Shown here piece by piece: positions 39,272 through 50,643 of a stretch of 64,000 nt of DNA. A program made the position numbers and the translations under genes. The DNA is from an uncultured Candidatus Rokubacteria bacterium (lineage in GTDB: Bacteria > Methylomirabilota > Methylomirabilia > Rokubacteriales > DASRDR01). Position 1 is the first letter of the stretch. Every line of letters starts with the position of its first letter. A model generated the notes under the pieces. The model searched no databases, was not told where the DNA came from, and saw only the letters and a list, made by a program, of their open reading frames with translations. The stretch is from assembly GCA_963708025.1 (NCBI GenBank), contig CAVPSB010000013.1:320001-384000 (forward strand). Reading direction: 5' to 3'.

Positions 39272-39725
39272 ATGAGACCGTCCACCCTCCTGGTGCTCCT
39301 CGGCTTCCTCGTCGGCATTCCGGCGGGGGTCGGCGCCTTCACCTTCGTGTACGCCAAGGGCCTCTCCTACCTGTCCACCGATTCGCGGGCGTGCGCCAAC
39401 TGCCACGTCATGAACGAGCAGTACGACGCCTGGCTCAAGAGCGGCCACCGGCACACCGCATCCTGCGTGGAGTGCCACCTGCCCCACCGGGGGCTGGCGA
39501 AGTGGGTCACCAAGGTGGCTCACGGCTTCCGGCACTCCGCCGCCTTCACGCTGCAGAACTTCAAGGAGCCGATCGAGATCACGCCACGCGACCGCCGAGC
39601 TGGTCCAGGTCAACTGCCGGCGCTGCCACGAGGCCCTCGTCCACGCGGTCTCTGCCTCGCCCGCCGGCACCCAGCTGGACTGCCTGCACTGCCACGCCGG
39701 CGCGGGCCACGGCGCCCGCGGCTGA
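39272..39725 (+). CDS. nrfH: Cytochrome c nitrite reductase small subunit (frameshift near 39596)
   Basis: TM anchor and four CXXCH motifs (CANCH, CVECH, CRRCH, CLHCH). Confidence 0.9.
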
Positions 39726-39746
39726 GTTCCCTTCCAGGAGGCCGAC

Positions 39747-41148
<1,402 letters not shown>

Positions 41149-41233
41149 GGGCGTGAAGCAATCGGGCCTCTGACTCCCCCCTCCCCCCGGTGGGTGGGGG
41201 AGGGGGGTTGGGGGGTAGGCGGGAGGTCTCGAA

Positions 41234-42328
41234 CTGAAGATCACCGGGATCGAGAGCATCGTCCTCACCCTGCCGATGGTGATCGACGGGGCCACGCCGA
41301 TCCACGCCGGCCGGCCCCGGACCAGCATCGAGATGCTGCTCGTCCGCGTGGACACCGACGCCGGGATCACCGGCTGGGGCGAAGCGTTCGGCCAGCGGAT
41401 CTTCCCGGCCACGCGGGCCGCCATCGACACCCTGCTCGGTCCCCTGTGCGTGGGCCGGGACCCGAGCCAGATCCTCGCCCTCAACGATGACCTCCAGCGG
41501 CTGCTCCACGGCCTCGGCCGCGGCGGACCGGCCATCTACGCGCTGTCGGGCCTCGACATCGCCCTCTGGGACATCGCGGGCAAGGCGGCCGGGCTTCCGC
41601 TGTACCGCCTGCTCGGCGGCAGTCCCCGGGCCGACCTCCCCGCCTACGCCAGCCTCCTCCGCTACGGCCAGGCCGGGGCCGTCGCCCACTACACCGCCCA
41701 GGCGCTCGGGCGCGGCTATCGCCACATCAAACTCCACGAGATCACCGTGCCCGAGGTGAAGGCCGCGCGCGACGCCGCGGGGCCCGGGGTGCCGATCATG
41801 GTCAACACCAACTGCCCGTGGACGGTGCCCCAGGCGATCGAGATGGCGCACCGGCTGGCCCCGCTCGACCTTCACTGGCTGGAGGAGCCGGTGTGGCCGC
41901 CCGAGAACCTCGCCGGCCTCGCCGAGGTCCGGGTCAGGGGCGGCATCCCCACCGCCGCCGGCGAGAACTACGGCACCGTGTGGGAGTTCCGGCGGGCCTG
42001 CGAGGCGGGCGCCATCACCTACGCACAGCCGAGTGTCACCAAGATCGGCGGCGTGACCGAGCTGCGGCGGGTCATGACCGTCGCCGAGACCTTCGGCGTC
42101 CAGGTGGTCCCGCACTCGGCCTACTTCGGGCCGGGACTGCTCGCCTCCATCCACTGCCTGGCGGCGATGCCCGCCGAGTCGCTCGTCGAGCGCTACTACT
42201 GCGACTTCGCCGAGAACCCCCTCGGCGAGGCCATCCACCCGACGGGCGGCCGCCTCGCGGTCCCGCAGGGTCCGGGTCTCGGGGTGGATCCCGACCCGCG
42301 CCTCCTCCTGAAGCTGCGCGCGCGCTGA
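41234..42328 (+). CDS. Mandelate racemase/muconate lactonizing enzyme family protein
   Basis: GITGWGE, SGLDIALWDIAGK, WLEEP, AGEN and PGLGV. Probable CTG start after GGAGG. Confidence 0.9.
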   Translation: MKITGIESIVLTLPMVIDGATPIHAGRPRTSIEMLLVRVDTDAGITGWGEAFGQRIFPATRAAIDTLLGPLCVGRDPSQILALNDDLQRLLHGLGRGGPAIYALSGLDIALWDIAGKAAGLPLYRLLGGSPRADLPAYASLLRYGQAGAVAHYTAQALGRGYRHIKLHEITVPEVKAARDAAGPGVPIMVNTNCPWTVPQAIEMAHRLAPLDLHWLEEPVWPPENLAGLAEVRVRGGIPTAAGENYGTVWEFRRACEAGAITYAQPSVTKIGGVTELRRVMTVAETFGVQVVPHSAYFGPGLLASIHCLAAMPAESLVERYYCDFAENPLGEAIHPTGGRLAVPQGPGLGVDPDPRLLLKLRAR

Positions 42329-42441
42329 CGGAACCCGGCCGGCCGGCCGCCGGGTGGGCGGGGGAGAGGGATGCGCTCCGGGCTGGTATCATGCAGCCGA
42401 CGGCACCGCAGCTATCGAGCCACCGACATCAGGAGGATCTC

Positions 42442-43017
42442 ATGGCGAAGACACCGGACAGCATGGGCGAGAAGGCCCGTTCGCTCGAGGACGAGTTCTT
42501 CCGCAAGGAGGACCAGCGGGCCATCCAGCGGCTCCGGGAGCTCAGAGAGCGGGAGGTATCCCGCGAGGGCCTGTCCAAGACCTCGGGCATCAAGAACGTG
42601 GCCATCCTGGACAAGCTCCTCGATCTCGGCGTTCGCAACGAAACGGTGGCCGCCCTCGCCATCGTGCCCCTGGCGGAGGTGGCGTGGGCCGATGGGTCGA
42701 TGGACGCGAAGGAGGAGCGGGCGATCCTCAAGCGCGCCGAGGAAGCCGGGGTCCTGCCGGGCTCCCCCGTCCACGATCTCCTCAAGAGCTGGCTGGAGCG
42801 CCGCCCCGAGCCGAAGCTGCTCGCGGCGTGGACCCACATGGTCGAGGGGATCTGCGAGCACCTGACCCCGGAGCAGGTCGACGGCCTCCGGACCGGCCTC
42901 GTCGAGCGGGCACAGACCATCGCCATGGCGAGCGGGGGCCTCCTGGGCATGGGCGCCGTCTCGCGCGCCGAGCAGGAGATGATCCAGACGCTGGCGGCCG
43001 CCTTCGGGCGCAAGTAG
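42442..43017 (+). CDS. Hypothetical protein, TerB-like helical fold
   Basis: AGGAGG RBS. LEDEFF N-terminal motif, VAWADG..E and SGGLLG..E. Confidence 0.72.
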   Translation: MAKTPDSMGEKARSLEDEFFRKEDQRAIQRLRELREREVSREGLSKTSGIKNVAILDKLLDLGVRNETVAALAIVPLAEVAWADGSMDAKEERAILKRAEEAGVLPGSPVHDLLKSWLERRPEPKLLAAWTHMVEGICEHLTPEQVDGLRTGLVERAQTIAMASGGLLGMGAVSRAEQEMIQTLAAAFGRK

Positions 43018-43047
43018 CCGCCCACCACCGCCTCGCGTCCGCCCCCC

Positions 43048-43241
43048 GGGGTCTTCCGAGACCCCCGGCTCAGCGCGCGCTGACGCCGCTCATTCCTAGT
43101 CGCCCGTAGGCTTCTCGCAACCCTCTGACTCTGGCCGAGCGGCCGGGGCGTTCCGCTTCGAGCCGCGGCCCAAAGGCCGAAGGCCGTCCAACAGTCGCGG
43201 CCTCCGAGGGCGGGGCATCGGGGGGGTCTTCCGAGACCCCC
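43048..43241. repeat. Cluster of REP-like palindromes (ggggtcttccgagacccc twice, aggccgaaggccgtcc once)
   Basis: Copies at 43048-43066 and 43212-43241. 29 bp identical to 61963-61991. Lies between convergent genes. Confidence 0.85.
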
Positions 43242-43248
43242 GAAGCTC

Positions 43249-44706
43249 TCAGCGGGCCGGTGGCCGGGGGTTCAACCGGAGCTCGCGCCGGCAGCGCCTG
43301 GCGGGCCTCAGGGTCTCCAGGAAGGCGACCAGCGCGTTCACCTCGGCCGGGCTCAGGTTCTTCCCGTAGGCCGGCATGTTGCCCCCGCCCTGGACCACCT
43401 GGCGGATGAGCTGGTCGCGCGTCTGGCGGGTGGCGACGCCTTCGAGCGACGGGCCGCGCCGGCCCCCCTCGCCAGCCAGCGCGTGGCAGTTGCGGCACTG
43501 CTTGTTCTGGAGCACGAGGGCACCCTGCAGCTCGAGCGGGGTGCGGCCCCGGACGTACGCCACCGGCGTGGGCAGCGCGCTCCAGGCGCCCATGACCGGG
43601 GACCACGGCACCACCACCCCGAGGCCGGCCAGCGTGGTGACGGTCAGGACGATCAGGACGACGCCCAGCACGGCGACGGGTCGCCGCTTCCAGCTCTTCT
43701 CCCCGGTGCCCGCCAGGAACGGCACCACCAGGAGGAGCACGATCGCGATCGGCGGGCCGAAGAGCAGGAGCACGGTCTCGGTCCAGGGCGGCAGCAGGGC
43801 AAAGAGCGCGAACAGGGCGAGGAAGTAGAAGTCGGGCTTGGGGGCGGTGTCGATGATCGTGGGATCCGGCACGCCGTGGGGACCGAACGGGCCGAAGATC
43901 GCGGAGCAGATCAGCACGAGCAGGATGACCAGGCCCATCGCGACCATGTCCTTGCGCACCACGTCGGGGAAGAAGGGCACCCCGTCCCGGTGGACCTCCT
44001 CCGCGTAGCGCTGCCGGTAGGTCTGTCGGTCCACGAGCCGGCCCGGCATCGGCCACTCGTTGACCCCGAGCCGGAGGACCAGCCAGAGGTGGAGGCCGAC
44101 CAGCGCGATCAGGATCCCCGGGATGAGGAAGACGTGGGCGGTGAAGACGCGCGACAGGGTGCGGCCGGCGATGATCGGCCCGCCGAGGATCAGCTGCACC
44201 ACCGACTGCCCCACGACCGGGGTGCGGGAGGCGATGGACGCCCCGATCCCGAGCCCCCAGTAGGCGTCCTGGTCCCAGCGCATGAGCTGGCCCGTGAAGG
44301 CCATGCCGAGCGTGCACAGGAACAGGAGCACCCCGACGACCCAGGTCATCTCCCGGGGGTACTTGTGGGCCCCCCACAGGAAGACCTGGATCATGTGGAG
44401 GGTCATCACCGCCACCATGCCGTTCGAGCCCCAGAAGTGGACCGCCCGCAGGAACCAGCCGAACGGCGCCTCGTAGTTCAGGTAGAGGAGGCTCTCGTAC
44501 GCCTTGTCGGCCGACGGGACGTACACGAACGCGAGGCAGATGCCCGTCGCGATCTGGAGCACGAAGAGGGCGAGCGTGGCGCTCCCGAAGGTGTACCACC
44601 AGCTCGCGGTGCGGCGCGGGACCGGGTGGTCGAGCACCGGGGTGAGCGCGTCGCTGAGGCCCGCGCGCTCGTCGACCCACCGACCGATGGACGGCAACCG
44701 GGCCAC
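43249..44706 (-). CDS. qcrB: Cytochrome b of a bc complex fused to a C-terminal cytochrome c domain
   Basis: RAVHFWG..LHMIQVF, WDQDAYWG, HVF..LHL and KPDFYFL (PEWY equivalent). CRNCH...MP at the C-terminus. Confidence 0.9.
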   Translation of the reverse strand: MARLPSIGRWVDERAGLSDALTPVLDHPVPRRTASWWYTFGSATLALFVLQIATGICLAFVYVPSADKAYESLLYLNYEAPFGWFLRAVHFWGSNGMVAVMTLHMIQVFLWGAHKYPREMTWVVGVLLFLCTLGMAFTGQLMRWDQDAYWGLGIGASIASRTPVVGQSVVQLILGGPIIAGRTLSRVFTAHVFLIPGILIALVGLHLWLVLRLGVNEWPMPGRLVDRQTYRQRYAEEVHRDGVPFFPDVVRKDMVAMGLVILLVLICSAIFGPFGPHGVPDPTIIDTAPKPDFYFLALFALFALLPPWTETVLLLFGPPIAIVLLLVVPFLAGTGEKSWKRRPVAVLGVVLIVLTVTTLAGLGVVVPWSPVMGAWSALPTPVAYVRGRTPLELQGALVLQNKQCRNCHALAGEGGRRGPSLEGVATRQTRDQLIRQVVQGGGNMPAYGKNLSPAEVNALVAFLETLRPARRCRRELRLNPRPPAR

Positions 44707-44719
44707 CGGGACGCCTCGC

Positions 44720-45241
44720 CTACACCGGGCCGGCGAGGGTCGGGAGCTGGCCCCCGCGCACCCAGAGCTGGCCCTCGCGGATCTGGGACTCGTACTCGAA
44801 GAGGCCCCGTGGCGGAGGCCCCGAGGCGCGGGTGCCGTCCTCGTAGTAGACGCCGCCGTGGCACGGGCACATGAACAGCCGCGACTGGGCGAACCAGCGC
44901 ACCGGGCAGCCCAGGTGCGCGCAGTTGACCGCGAAGACCTGGAACTGCCCCCCCGGGACGTGGCGGACCCAGCACGCGGTCTTCGCCGTCGCCCCGTCCC
45001 AGTGCATGCTGACCGGATTCTCGTAGACGGCGAGCCGGGTCTCGCCGGCGGGGAAGTCCGCCACCTGCCCCAGCCGGATCCAGGACTGGCCGCCCAGGCG
45101 GCGCATGGGGGCCAGGATGAACCCGAGCACCGGGACTCCCACCAGGGCGGCGCCCAGCAGGTTCAGCGCGAGCCCGAGCTTGAAGAGGAAGCCCCGGCGG
45201 CCAGGTGACTGCGGCGGCACCAGCTCGTGGTTGGCGCACAT
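44720..45241 (-). CDS. qcrA: Rieske iron-sulfur subunit
   Basis: RRGFL Tat-like anchor, CAHLGC, CPCHGG and GPPPRGL. Confidence 0.93.
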   Translation of the reverse strand: MCANHELVPPQSPGRRGFLFKLGLALNLLGAALVGVPVLGFILAPMRRLGGQSWIRLGQVADFPAGETRLAVYENPVSMHWDGATAKTACWVRHVPGGQFQVFAVNCAHLGCPVRWFAQSRLFMCPCHGGVYYEDGTRASGPPPRGLFEYESQIREGQLWVRGGQLPTLAGPV

Positions 45242-45258
45242 GACTCAGCCCTCTCCGT

Positions 45259-45996
45259 TCATCGTGCGGGCCGTGGCGGGCCGGCCTCGGCGGTGAGCCG
45301 TCCGGGCACCGGCCGCCGCTGGGCGACCAGCCAGGCCACGACGTCCGAGACCTGCTGCGGGGTCAGCGGCTGCCCCGTGACGTAGCCGCGCCAGTCGGGC
45401 ATTCCGAGATCGGGGCGCCCGGCGATCACCGTGGTGCGCAGCCCCTGATCGCTCGTCAGGGCCAAATAGGACGGGTCCACGACGGGCCCGCCCTTCGGCC
45501 CGCCTCCGCCGTCCGGGCCATGACAGGCCCCGCACGCCGTCCCGTACACCACCTTGCCCCGCTCGGCGTCACCGGCCCCCCCGTCGTACGGCGGGAGCGC
45601 GGCGTCCCGGCTCGCGTCCGGGCGGCCCCACGCGCGGATCAGCCCCTGCACCAGCGCGTCGACCTGCGCGTCGGTCAGCTCGCCGCCGGCGCTCTGCGCG
45701 AAGGCCGGCTGGGAGGTGCCGGGCACGCCCCGGGCGATGACCTGCCGCAGCCGCTCCCGGGGCACCAGGGCGAGGTAGACGGGATCGTTGAGCGGCCGGG
45801 CCGGCCCCAGGCGGCCCTCGGCCCCGTGGCACCCGGCGCAGTGGCGGCCGTAGAGGGCGTCGAAGGCGACGACCTGGGAAGGGACGACGTCGTGCGCGCC
45901 GGGCTTCGGCTTCCCCGGCAAGGCATCGCACCCGGCGAGGACGAGGCCCGCCGCGAGCAGCAGGCCAAGACACGCACCCGGGCGCGCGGCGCTCAC
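45259..45996 (-). CDS. Diheme c-type cytochrome, lipoprotein
   Basis: GTGA overlap, lipobox LAGC, CAGCH and CGACH. Confidence 0.88.
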   Translation of the reverse strand: MSAARPGACLGLLLAAGLVLAGCDALPGKPKPGAHDVVPSQVVAFDALYGRHCAGCHGAEGRLGPARPLNDPVYLALVPRERLRQVIARGVPGTSQPAFAQSAGGELTDAQVDALVQGLIRAWGRPDASRDAALPPYDGGAGDAERGKVVYGTACGACHGPDGGGGPKGGPVVDPSYLALTSDQGLRTTVIAGRPDLGMPDWRGYVTGQPLTPQQVSDVVAWLVAQRRPVPGRLTAEAGPPRPAR

Positions 45997-46832
45997 GGCT
46001 TGCGCTCCCGCTTCCAGTCCATGCCCGACGCCTCCATGCCCGCCCGCATCTGGAGCGGCCAGGTCTGCATGGTGGCGACGGGCTCCGCCCGCGACACCAC
46101 GATCCCGGCCGCCAGCCCGAAGGCGATCTGGGAGACGATGAACCAGGTCCAGTCCACGCGCGCGTTCAGGGCGGGGTTGATGAACCCGAGGAGCGCCCAG
46201 AGGAAGCCCGTCCAGAGCAGCGGGGCGATCAGGCCGCCCCACAGCATGTGGCGCCGGGGCATCATGGGCAGGATGACGGCGTAGAGGAGGCCGACGAGCA
46301 CCGACACCACCCCGTGCGCCACGATGCCGAGGGCGAGCGCCGTCGCGCTGAACGCCCGGAGCTCGGGCATGTCCGCGCGGGCCATCGCGGGCATCGCCAC
46401 CGCGGCCAGCAGGTTGATCGGATACCAGAGGCTCCGCTGGACGAGGACCCCGTAGGCGCAGGCCACCACCGCCATGGCCACGCCCCCCACGAGGCCGCCC
46501 TTGACCCCGGCCGAGATCGGCTGCACCTCGATCGGCAGCCGCACCCGGTGCCCGGCCTCGCCGAGCTGGAGATGGTCCACGCTGGCGGAAACGCGGGCGA
46601 TCGGTGCCGGCCGCTCGGCGAGGGGGCGGAGCGGGATGTGCTCGACCTGCTCCTCCGGCAAGACCTCGCGCCACCAGCCGATCCCGCCGATCAGCGCGAG
46701 CGCCAGGCCCACGACGGCGACGGTCACGTGGGTGACGAGGGCGGCGCCGGCCAGCGTGAGGCCGAGGGCGACCACCATGGGCCACACGGTGGGCGCGGGC
46801 AGCGTCTCGTGCTCCGGCTCTCGCCCGGTCAT
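45993..46832 (-). CDS. Six-TM membrane protein; N-terminus resembles oxidase subunit IV
   Basis: LPAPTVWP followed by two TM helices, a linker and four more TM helices. Embedded in the respiratory operon. Confidence 0.75.
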   Translation of the reverse strand: MTGREPEHETLPAPTVWPMVVALGLTLAGAALVTHVTVAVVGLALALIGGIGWWREVLPEEQVEHIPLRPLAERPAPIARVSASVDHLQLGEAGHRVRLPIEVQPISAGVKGGLVGGVAMAVVACAYGVLVQRSLWYPINLLAAVAMPAMARADMPELRAFSATALALGIVAHGVVSVLVGLLYAVILPMMPRRHMLWGGLIAPLLWTGFLWALLGFINPALNARVDWTWFIVSQIAFGLAAGIVVSRAEPVATMQTWPLQMRAGMEASGMDWKRERKP

Positions 46833-46849
46833 TGGGACCCCCACCCTTT

Positions 46850-46936
46850 GACGGCCTTCGGCCTGTGGCGACCCCTCCCCACTGATCGGACGGCCTTCGG
46901 CCTGTGGCGGGGGGAGGGGGGGCGCCCCGCCGTCCC
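46850..46936. repeat. Intergenic repeat with tandem gacggccttcggcctgtggcg units, copy A
   Basis: 21-nt units at 46850 and 46889. Near-identical to 49302-49388. Confidence 0.9.
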
Positions 46937-46982
46937 GACGGGGTACCCGGTCGGTGGAACGAGACGGTTGACACGGCGTGTC

Positions 46983-47555
46983 TCACCGGCCGACCAGGTA
47001 GACGACCGTGAGCACGACCACCCACACGCCGTCCACGAAGTGCCAGTACCAGGACACCATCTCCACCCGCTCGGCATGGGCGGCCCGGAGCGCGCCGGTG
47101 GCGGCGAACACGCAGCAGAGCCCGAGCATGAAGAGCCCGGCGATGACGTGCGAGGCGTGCAGCCCCACCAGCGGGTAGAACGTGGTGCCGAAGAGGTTCG
47201 TGCCGATCGTGAGGCCGTCGTGGTAGATGAGCTGGTACCACTCGCGGGCGGTCCCGACCAGGAAGATGGCGCCGAGCACGGCGGTCACCAGCAGCCAGAG
47301 CCCGGAGCGGCGGACGTCGCCGCGGAAGAGCGCTTTGGCGCCGAAGGCCACGGTCACGCTGCTCGACAGGAGGCAGATGGTCCCGATCACCGGGATCGTC
47401 AGCACGTCCTTGGGCAGCGGCCCGTTCAGGCTCTTCCCGTGGTAGAAGAGGTAGGCGACCACGAAGACGGCGAAGATCGAGGCCTCGGCGATGATCAGCC
47501 CGATCATGCCGACGCGGCCACGCCACTCGTGACCGACGGCCGACTCGTGCGTCAC
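46983..47555 (-). CDS. ctaE: Cytochrome c oxidase subunit III
   Basis: GTICLLSSS, GLHASHV and WYWHFVDGVW. Confidence 0.92.
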   Translation of the reverse strand: MTHESAVGHEWRGRVGMIGLIIAEASIFAVFVVAYLFYHGKSLNGPLPKDVLTIPVIGTICLLSSSVTVAFGAKALFRGDVRRSGLWLLVTAVLGAIFLVGTAREWYQLIYHDGLTIGTNLFGTTFYPLVGLHASHVIAGLFMLGLCCVFAATGALRAAHAERVEMVSWYWHFVDGVWVVVLTVVYLVGR

Positions 47556-47598
47556 CTCGCCCCCCTCACCGGCCCCGGCCGAAGCCTCCGATTCGCGC

Positions 47599-49274
47599 TC
47601 ATTCGTGAGGCCCGTCCGGATCGTCCGGATGCTTGAGGTCCCAGACGGGCCGGCGGCTACCGACCACCGGGATGGTCTCGAAGTTGTACGCCGGCGGCGG
47701 CGAGGTCGTGGCCCACTCGAGCGTCCACGCGTCCCACGGGTCGTCCCCCGCCCGCTCCCCGCGCCGGAGCGAGACCACGACGTTCACCGCGAAGATCAGG
47801 ATCGCGATCGCCTGCAACGGCACCCCGAGGGTCGTGACGAGGTTCCACATCTCCCAGCCACGATCGGCGGGGTAGGTGTAGATCCGCCGGGGCATCCCGA
47901 GCAGCCCCTGGATGTGCATGGTGAGGAACGTCAGGTTGAACCCGAGCACGAACAACCAGAAGTGCCAGCGACCGAGCCGCTCGGAGAGCATGCGGCCGGT
48001 GGCCTTGGGGAACCAGTAGTAGATCGCGCCGAAGATCGTGAAGACCAGGCCGCCGATCAGCACGAAGTGGAAGTGGGCGACCACGAAGTACGAGTCGCTG
48101 AGCTGCCAGTCGAACGGCGCCACCGCCAGCATCACCCCGGTGAGGCCGGCGCAGAGGAACTGGAAGAGGAAGGCGCAGCAGAAGAGCATCGGGGTCCGGA
48201 GGCGGATGTGGCCCCCGTACATGGTGGCGAGCCAGTTGAAGATCTTGATCCCGGTGGGGACCGCGATGAGCATCGTGGACAGGGCAAAGAAGGCGTTCAG
48301 CGGGGCGCCCAGCCCACCACGAACATGTGGTGGGCCCACGTGGAGAGGGAGACGGCGCCGATGGACACGGTGGCGAAGACGAGGGTGGTGTAGCCGAAGA
48401 TGACCTTGCGGGAGAAGACCGGGATGATCTCGGACACGAAGCCGAAACCGGGCAGCATCAGCACGTAGACCTCGGGGTGGCCGAAGAACCAGAAGAAGTG
48501 CTGCCACATGACGGCCGACCCGCCGGCCTGGGTGTCGAAGAAGTGGGCCCCGAGGAAGCGGTCCAGGAGCAGCATGATCTGGGCGGCCGTCAGCGGGGGC
48601 AGGATGAACAGGGTCATCGCGGACACGGTCAGCATCGTCCACACGAAGACCGGCAGGCGGCCGAGCGTCATGCCCGGACCCCGCATGGTGAGCGTGGTGG
48701 CGACGATGTTGATCGCGGTCGCGATGGTCCCCACCCCGGCGATCAGGATGGACAGGTTCCAGTAGTCGGTGGCGTTGCCGGGGGTGAACGCGCGGCTGGT
48801 GAGCGGCGCGTAGGCGAACCAGCCCACCGCCGGCGCCGAGCCGGACCCGTAGAGCCCCTCGCCCCCGATGAAGCTGAAGTGGAGGAGCAGCCCCGCGAAC
48901 AGGAAGATCCAGAAGCCGAAGGCGTTCAGGCGGGGGAAGGCGAGGTCGCGGGCGCCGATCATGAGCGGCACCAGGTAGTTGCCGAAGCCGAACACGATCG
49001 GGATCCCGACCAGGAACACCATGGACGTCCCGTGCATGGTGAAGAGCCGGTTGAACGTCTCCGGGGACACCAGCTCGAGCTCGGGCCACACGAGCTGGAT
49101 ACGCATCACCGTGGCCTCGATCCCGGCGACGACGAGAAAGACGATGCCGCAGCCGATGTACATGATCCCGAGGCGCTTGTGGTCCACGGTCACGACCCAC
49201 TCGTGGACGTGCTCGAGCCACGTGCGACGGGCCGTCGCCTCCGGGCTCGTCAGGGTCGGCGCCAGAACGCTCAT
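47599..49274 (-). CDS. ctaD: Cytochrome c oxidase subunit I, A1 type (frameshift near 48310)
   Basis: DHKRLG, FTMHG, GHPEVY, WAHHMF, HFHFV and MPRR. Confidence 0.93.
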
Positions 49275-49301
49275 TCGACACCCCCCCCACCCCCGACCCT
49301 C

Positions 49302-49388
49302 GACGGCCTTCGGCCTGTGGCGACCCCTCCCCACGATCGGACGGCCTTCGGCCTGTGGCGGGAGGAGGGGGGGCGACCCGCTGTCCCC
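49302..49388. repeat. Intergenic repeat with tandem gacggccttcggcctgtggcg units, copy B
   Basis: 21-nt units at 49302 and 49340. Confidence 0.9.
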
Positions 49389-49450
49389 ACGCTGCGCGGG
49401 CTCGGCAGCGAGAAGCAAGTGATACGCGCGGCGTCACTTGGGGTTGGCCC

Positions 49451-50410
49451 TCACCGGAGCGTGAGGAGGTAGGCGGTGAGCTGGCTCAGCTCGTCGCTGG
49501 ACAGCTTCATGGCCGGCATGAGGGCCCCGGGCTTCATCGACGCCGGATCGTCCACCCACGCCCGCAGCTTCTCGGGGGTATTGCGCGCCGCGCCCGCCCC
49601 GAGCGTCGTCCGGCTCATGAGGTGGGTGAGGTCCGGCCCGAACAGCCCGTTGGCCGGAGTGCCGCGGACCGTGTGGCAGTTGATGCAGGAGAGCGAGGCG
49701 AAGAGCCGGGCGCCGGCCCGGACCGCGGGATCGTCGGGGACCGGGGCCTGCTGGGCCACCACCCAGCGATCGAACTCCTCCCGGGGCTGGACGACCACCC
49801 GGAGCAGCATCCACGCGTGCTGGACGCCACAGTACTCGGCGCACTGGCCGACGTAGGTGCCGGGAGTCCGCGGGTCGATCCACACGCGGTTGGTCCGGTT
49901 CGGGATGACGTCCATCTTCCCGGCCAGCTGGGGCACCCAGAAGCTGTGGACCACGTCCGCGGATTGGAGGGTGATGAAGGTCGGCGCCGGGCGGGTGGCG
50001 TCGCTCACCGGGACGTGGAGCTCGTTGGCGGTGACGATCCCGAGCTTCGGGTAGCGGATCTCCCACCACCACTGGTTCCCGACGATGGCGACCTCGAGGG
50101 CGTCCGGTGGCTGGGGGCGCCGCTCGATCCCGTAGATGTAGCGGGCGGTCACCAGGAAGAGGACGACCACGATCAGGAACGGCACCACCGTCCACGCCAG
50201 CTCGATCCGATCGCTCCCGTAGACCTGCGGAGGCTCGCGCCGCTCGTCGCCGGCCCGGCTCCGGAACCGGAAGAGGATGTAGGCGGCCAGCCCGGCGACG
50301 ATGACGAAGATGACGGCCGAGAGGCCGAGGACGAGGAAGGACAGCTCCCGGATCGCGAAGGCCGGGGTGGAGACCGGGTTGAAGATGCTCGGAGTCTGGA
50401 CGGGAGGCAC
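49451..50410 (-). CDS. ctaC: Cytochrome c oxidase subunit II with fused cytochrome c (caa3 type)
   Basis: QWWW, DVVHSFW, CAEYCGVQHAWM CuA site and C-terminal CINCH. Confidence 0.93.
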   Translation of the reverse strand: MPPVQTPSIFNPVSTPAFAIRELSFLVLGLSAVIFVIVAGLAAYILFRFRSRAGDERREPPQVYGSDRIELAWTVVPFLIVVVLFLVTARYIYGIERRPQPPDALEVAIVGNQWWWEIRYPKLGIVTANELHVPVSDATRPAPTFITLQSADVVHSFWVPQLAGKMDVIPNRTNRVWIDPRTPGTYVGQCAEYCGVQHAWMLLRVVVQPREEFDRWVVAQQAPVPDDPAVRAGARLFASLSCINCHTVRGTPANGLFGPDLTHLMSRTTLGAGAARNTPEKLRAWVDDPASMKPGALMPAMKLSSDELSQLTAYLLTLR

Positions 50411-50643
50411 GCGCTATCGGCCTTCGTCGTCGTCTCGGCGCGCGGCACTCGCGTCGTGAGGTCCCCGGCGCATCACTCTCATTCGCGGTTCCGGCAAGAC
50501 ATTACCACGGCCCCCGGGGGCGACACCACCCTACCCGTCTCCCTCCCCCCGTCTCGTCACCGGCCGCCCGGTGAGTCGGCCCGGGGAGCCTTCGCGCCGG
50601 GCGGGCTCGACCCCGCCGGCGGGCACTCGCGCGGCCTGGCGGC

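Noticed and set aside
46850..49360. 21-nt direct repeats as a CRISPR array
   Set aside because: Only two units per locus, with nearly identical 17-18 nt spacers between loci and no cas genes.
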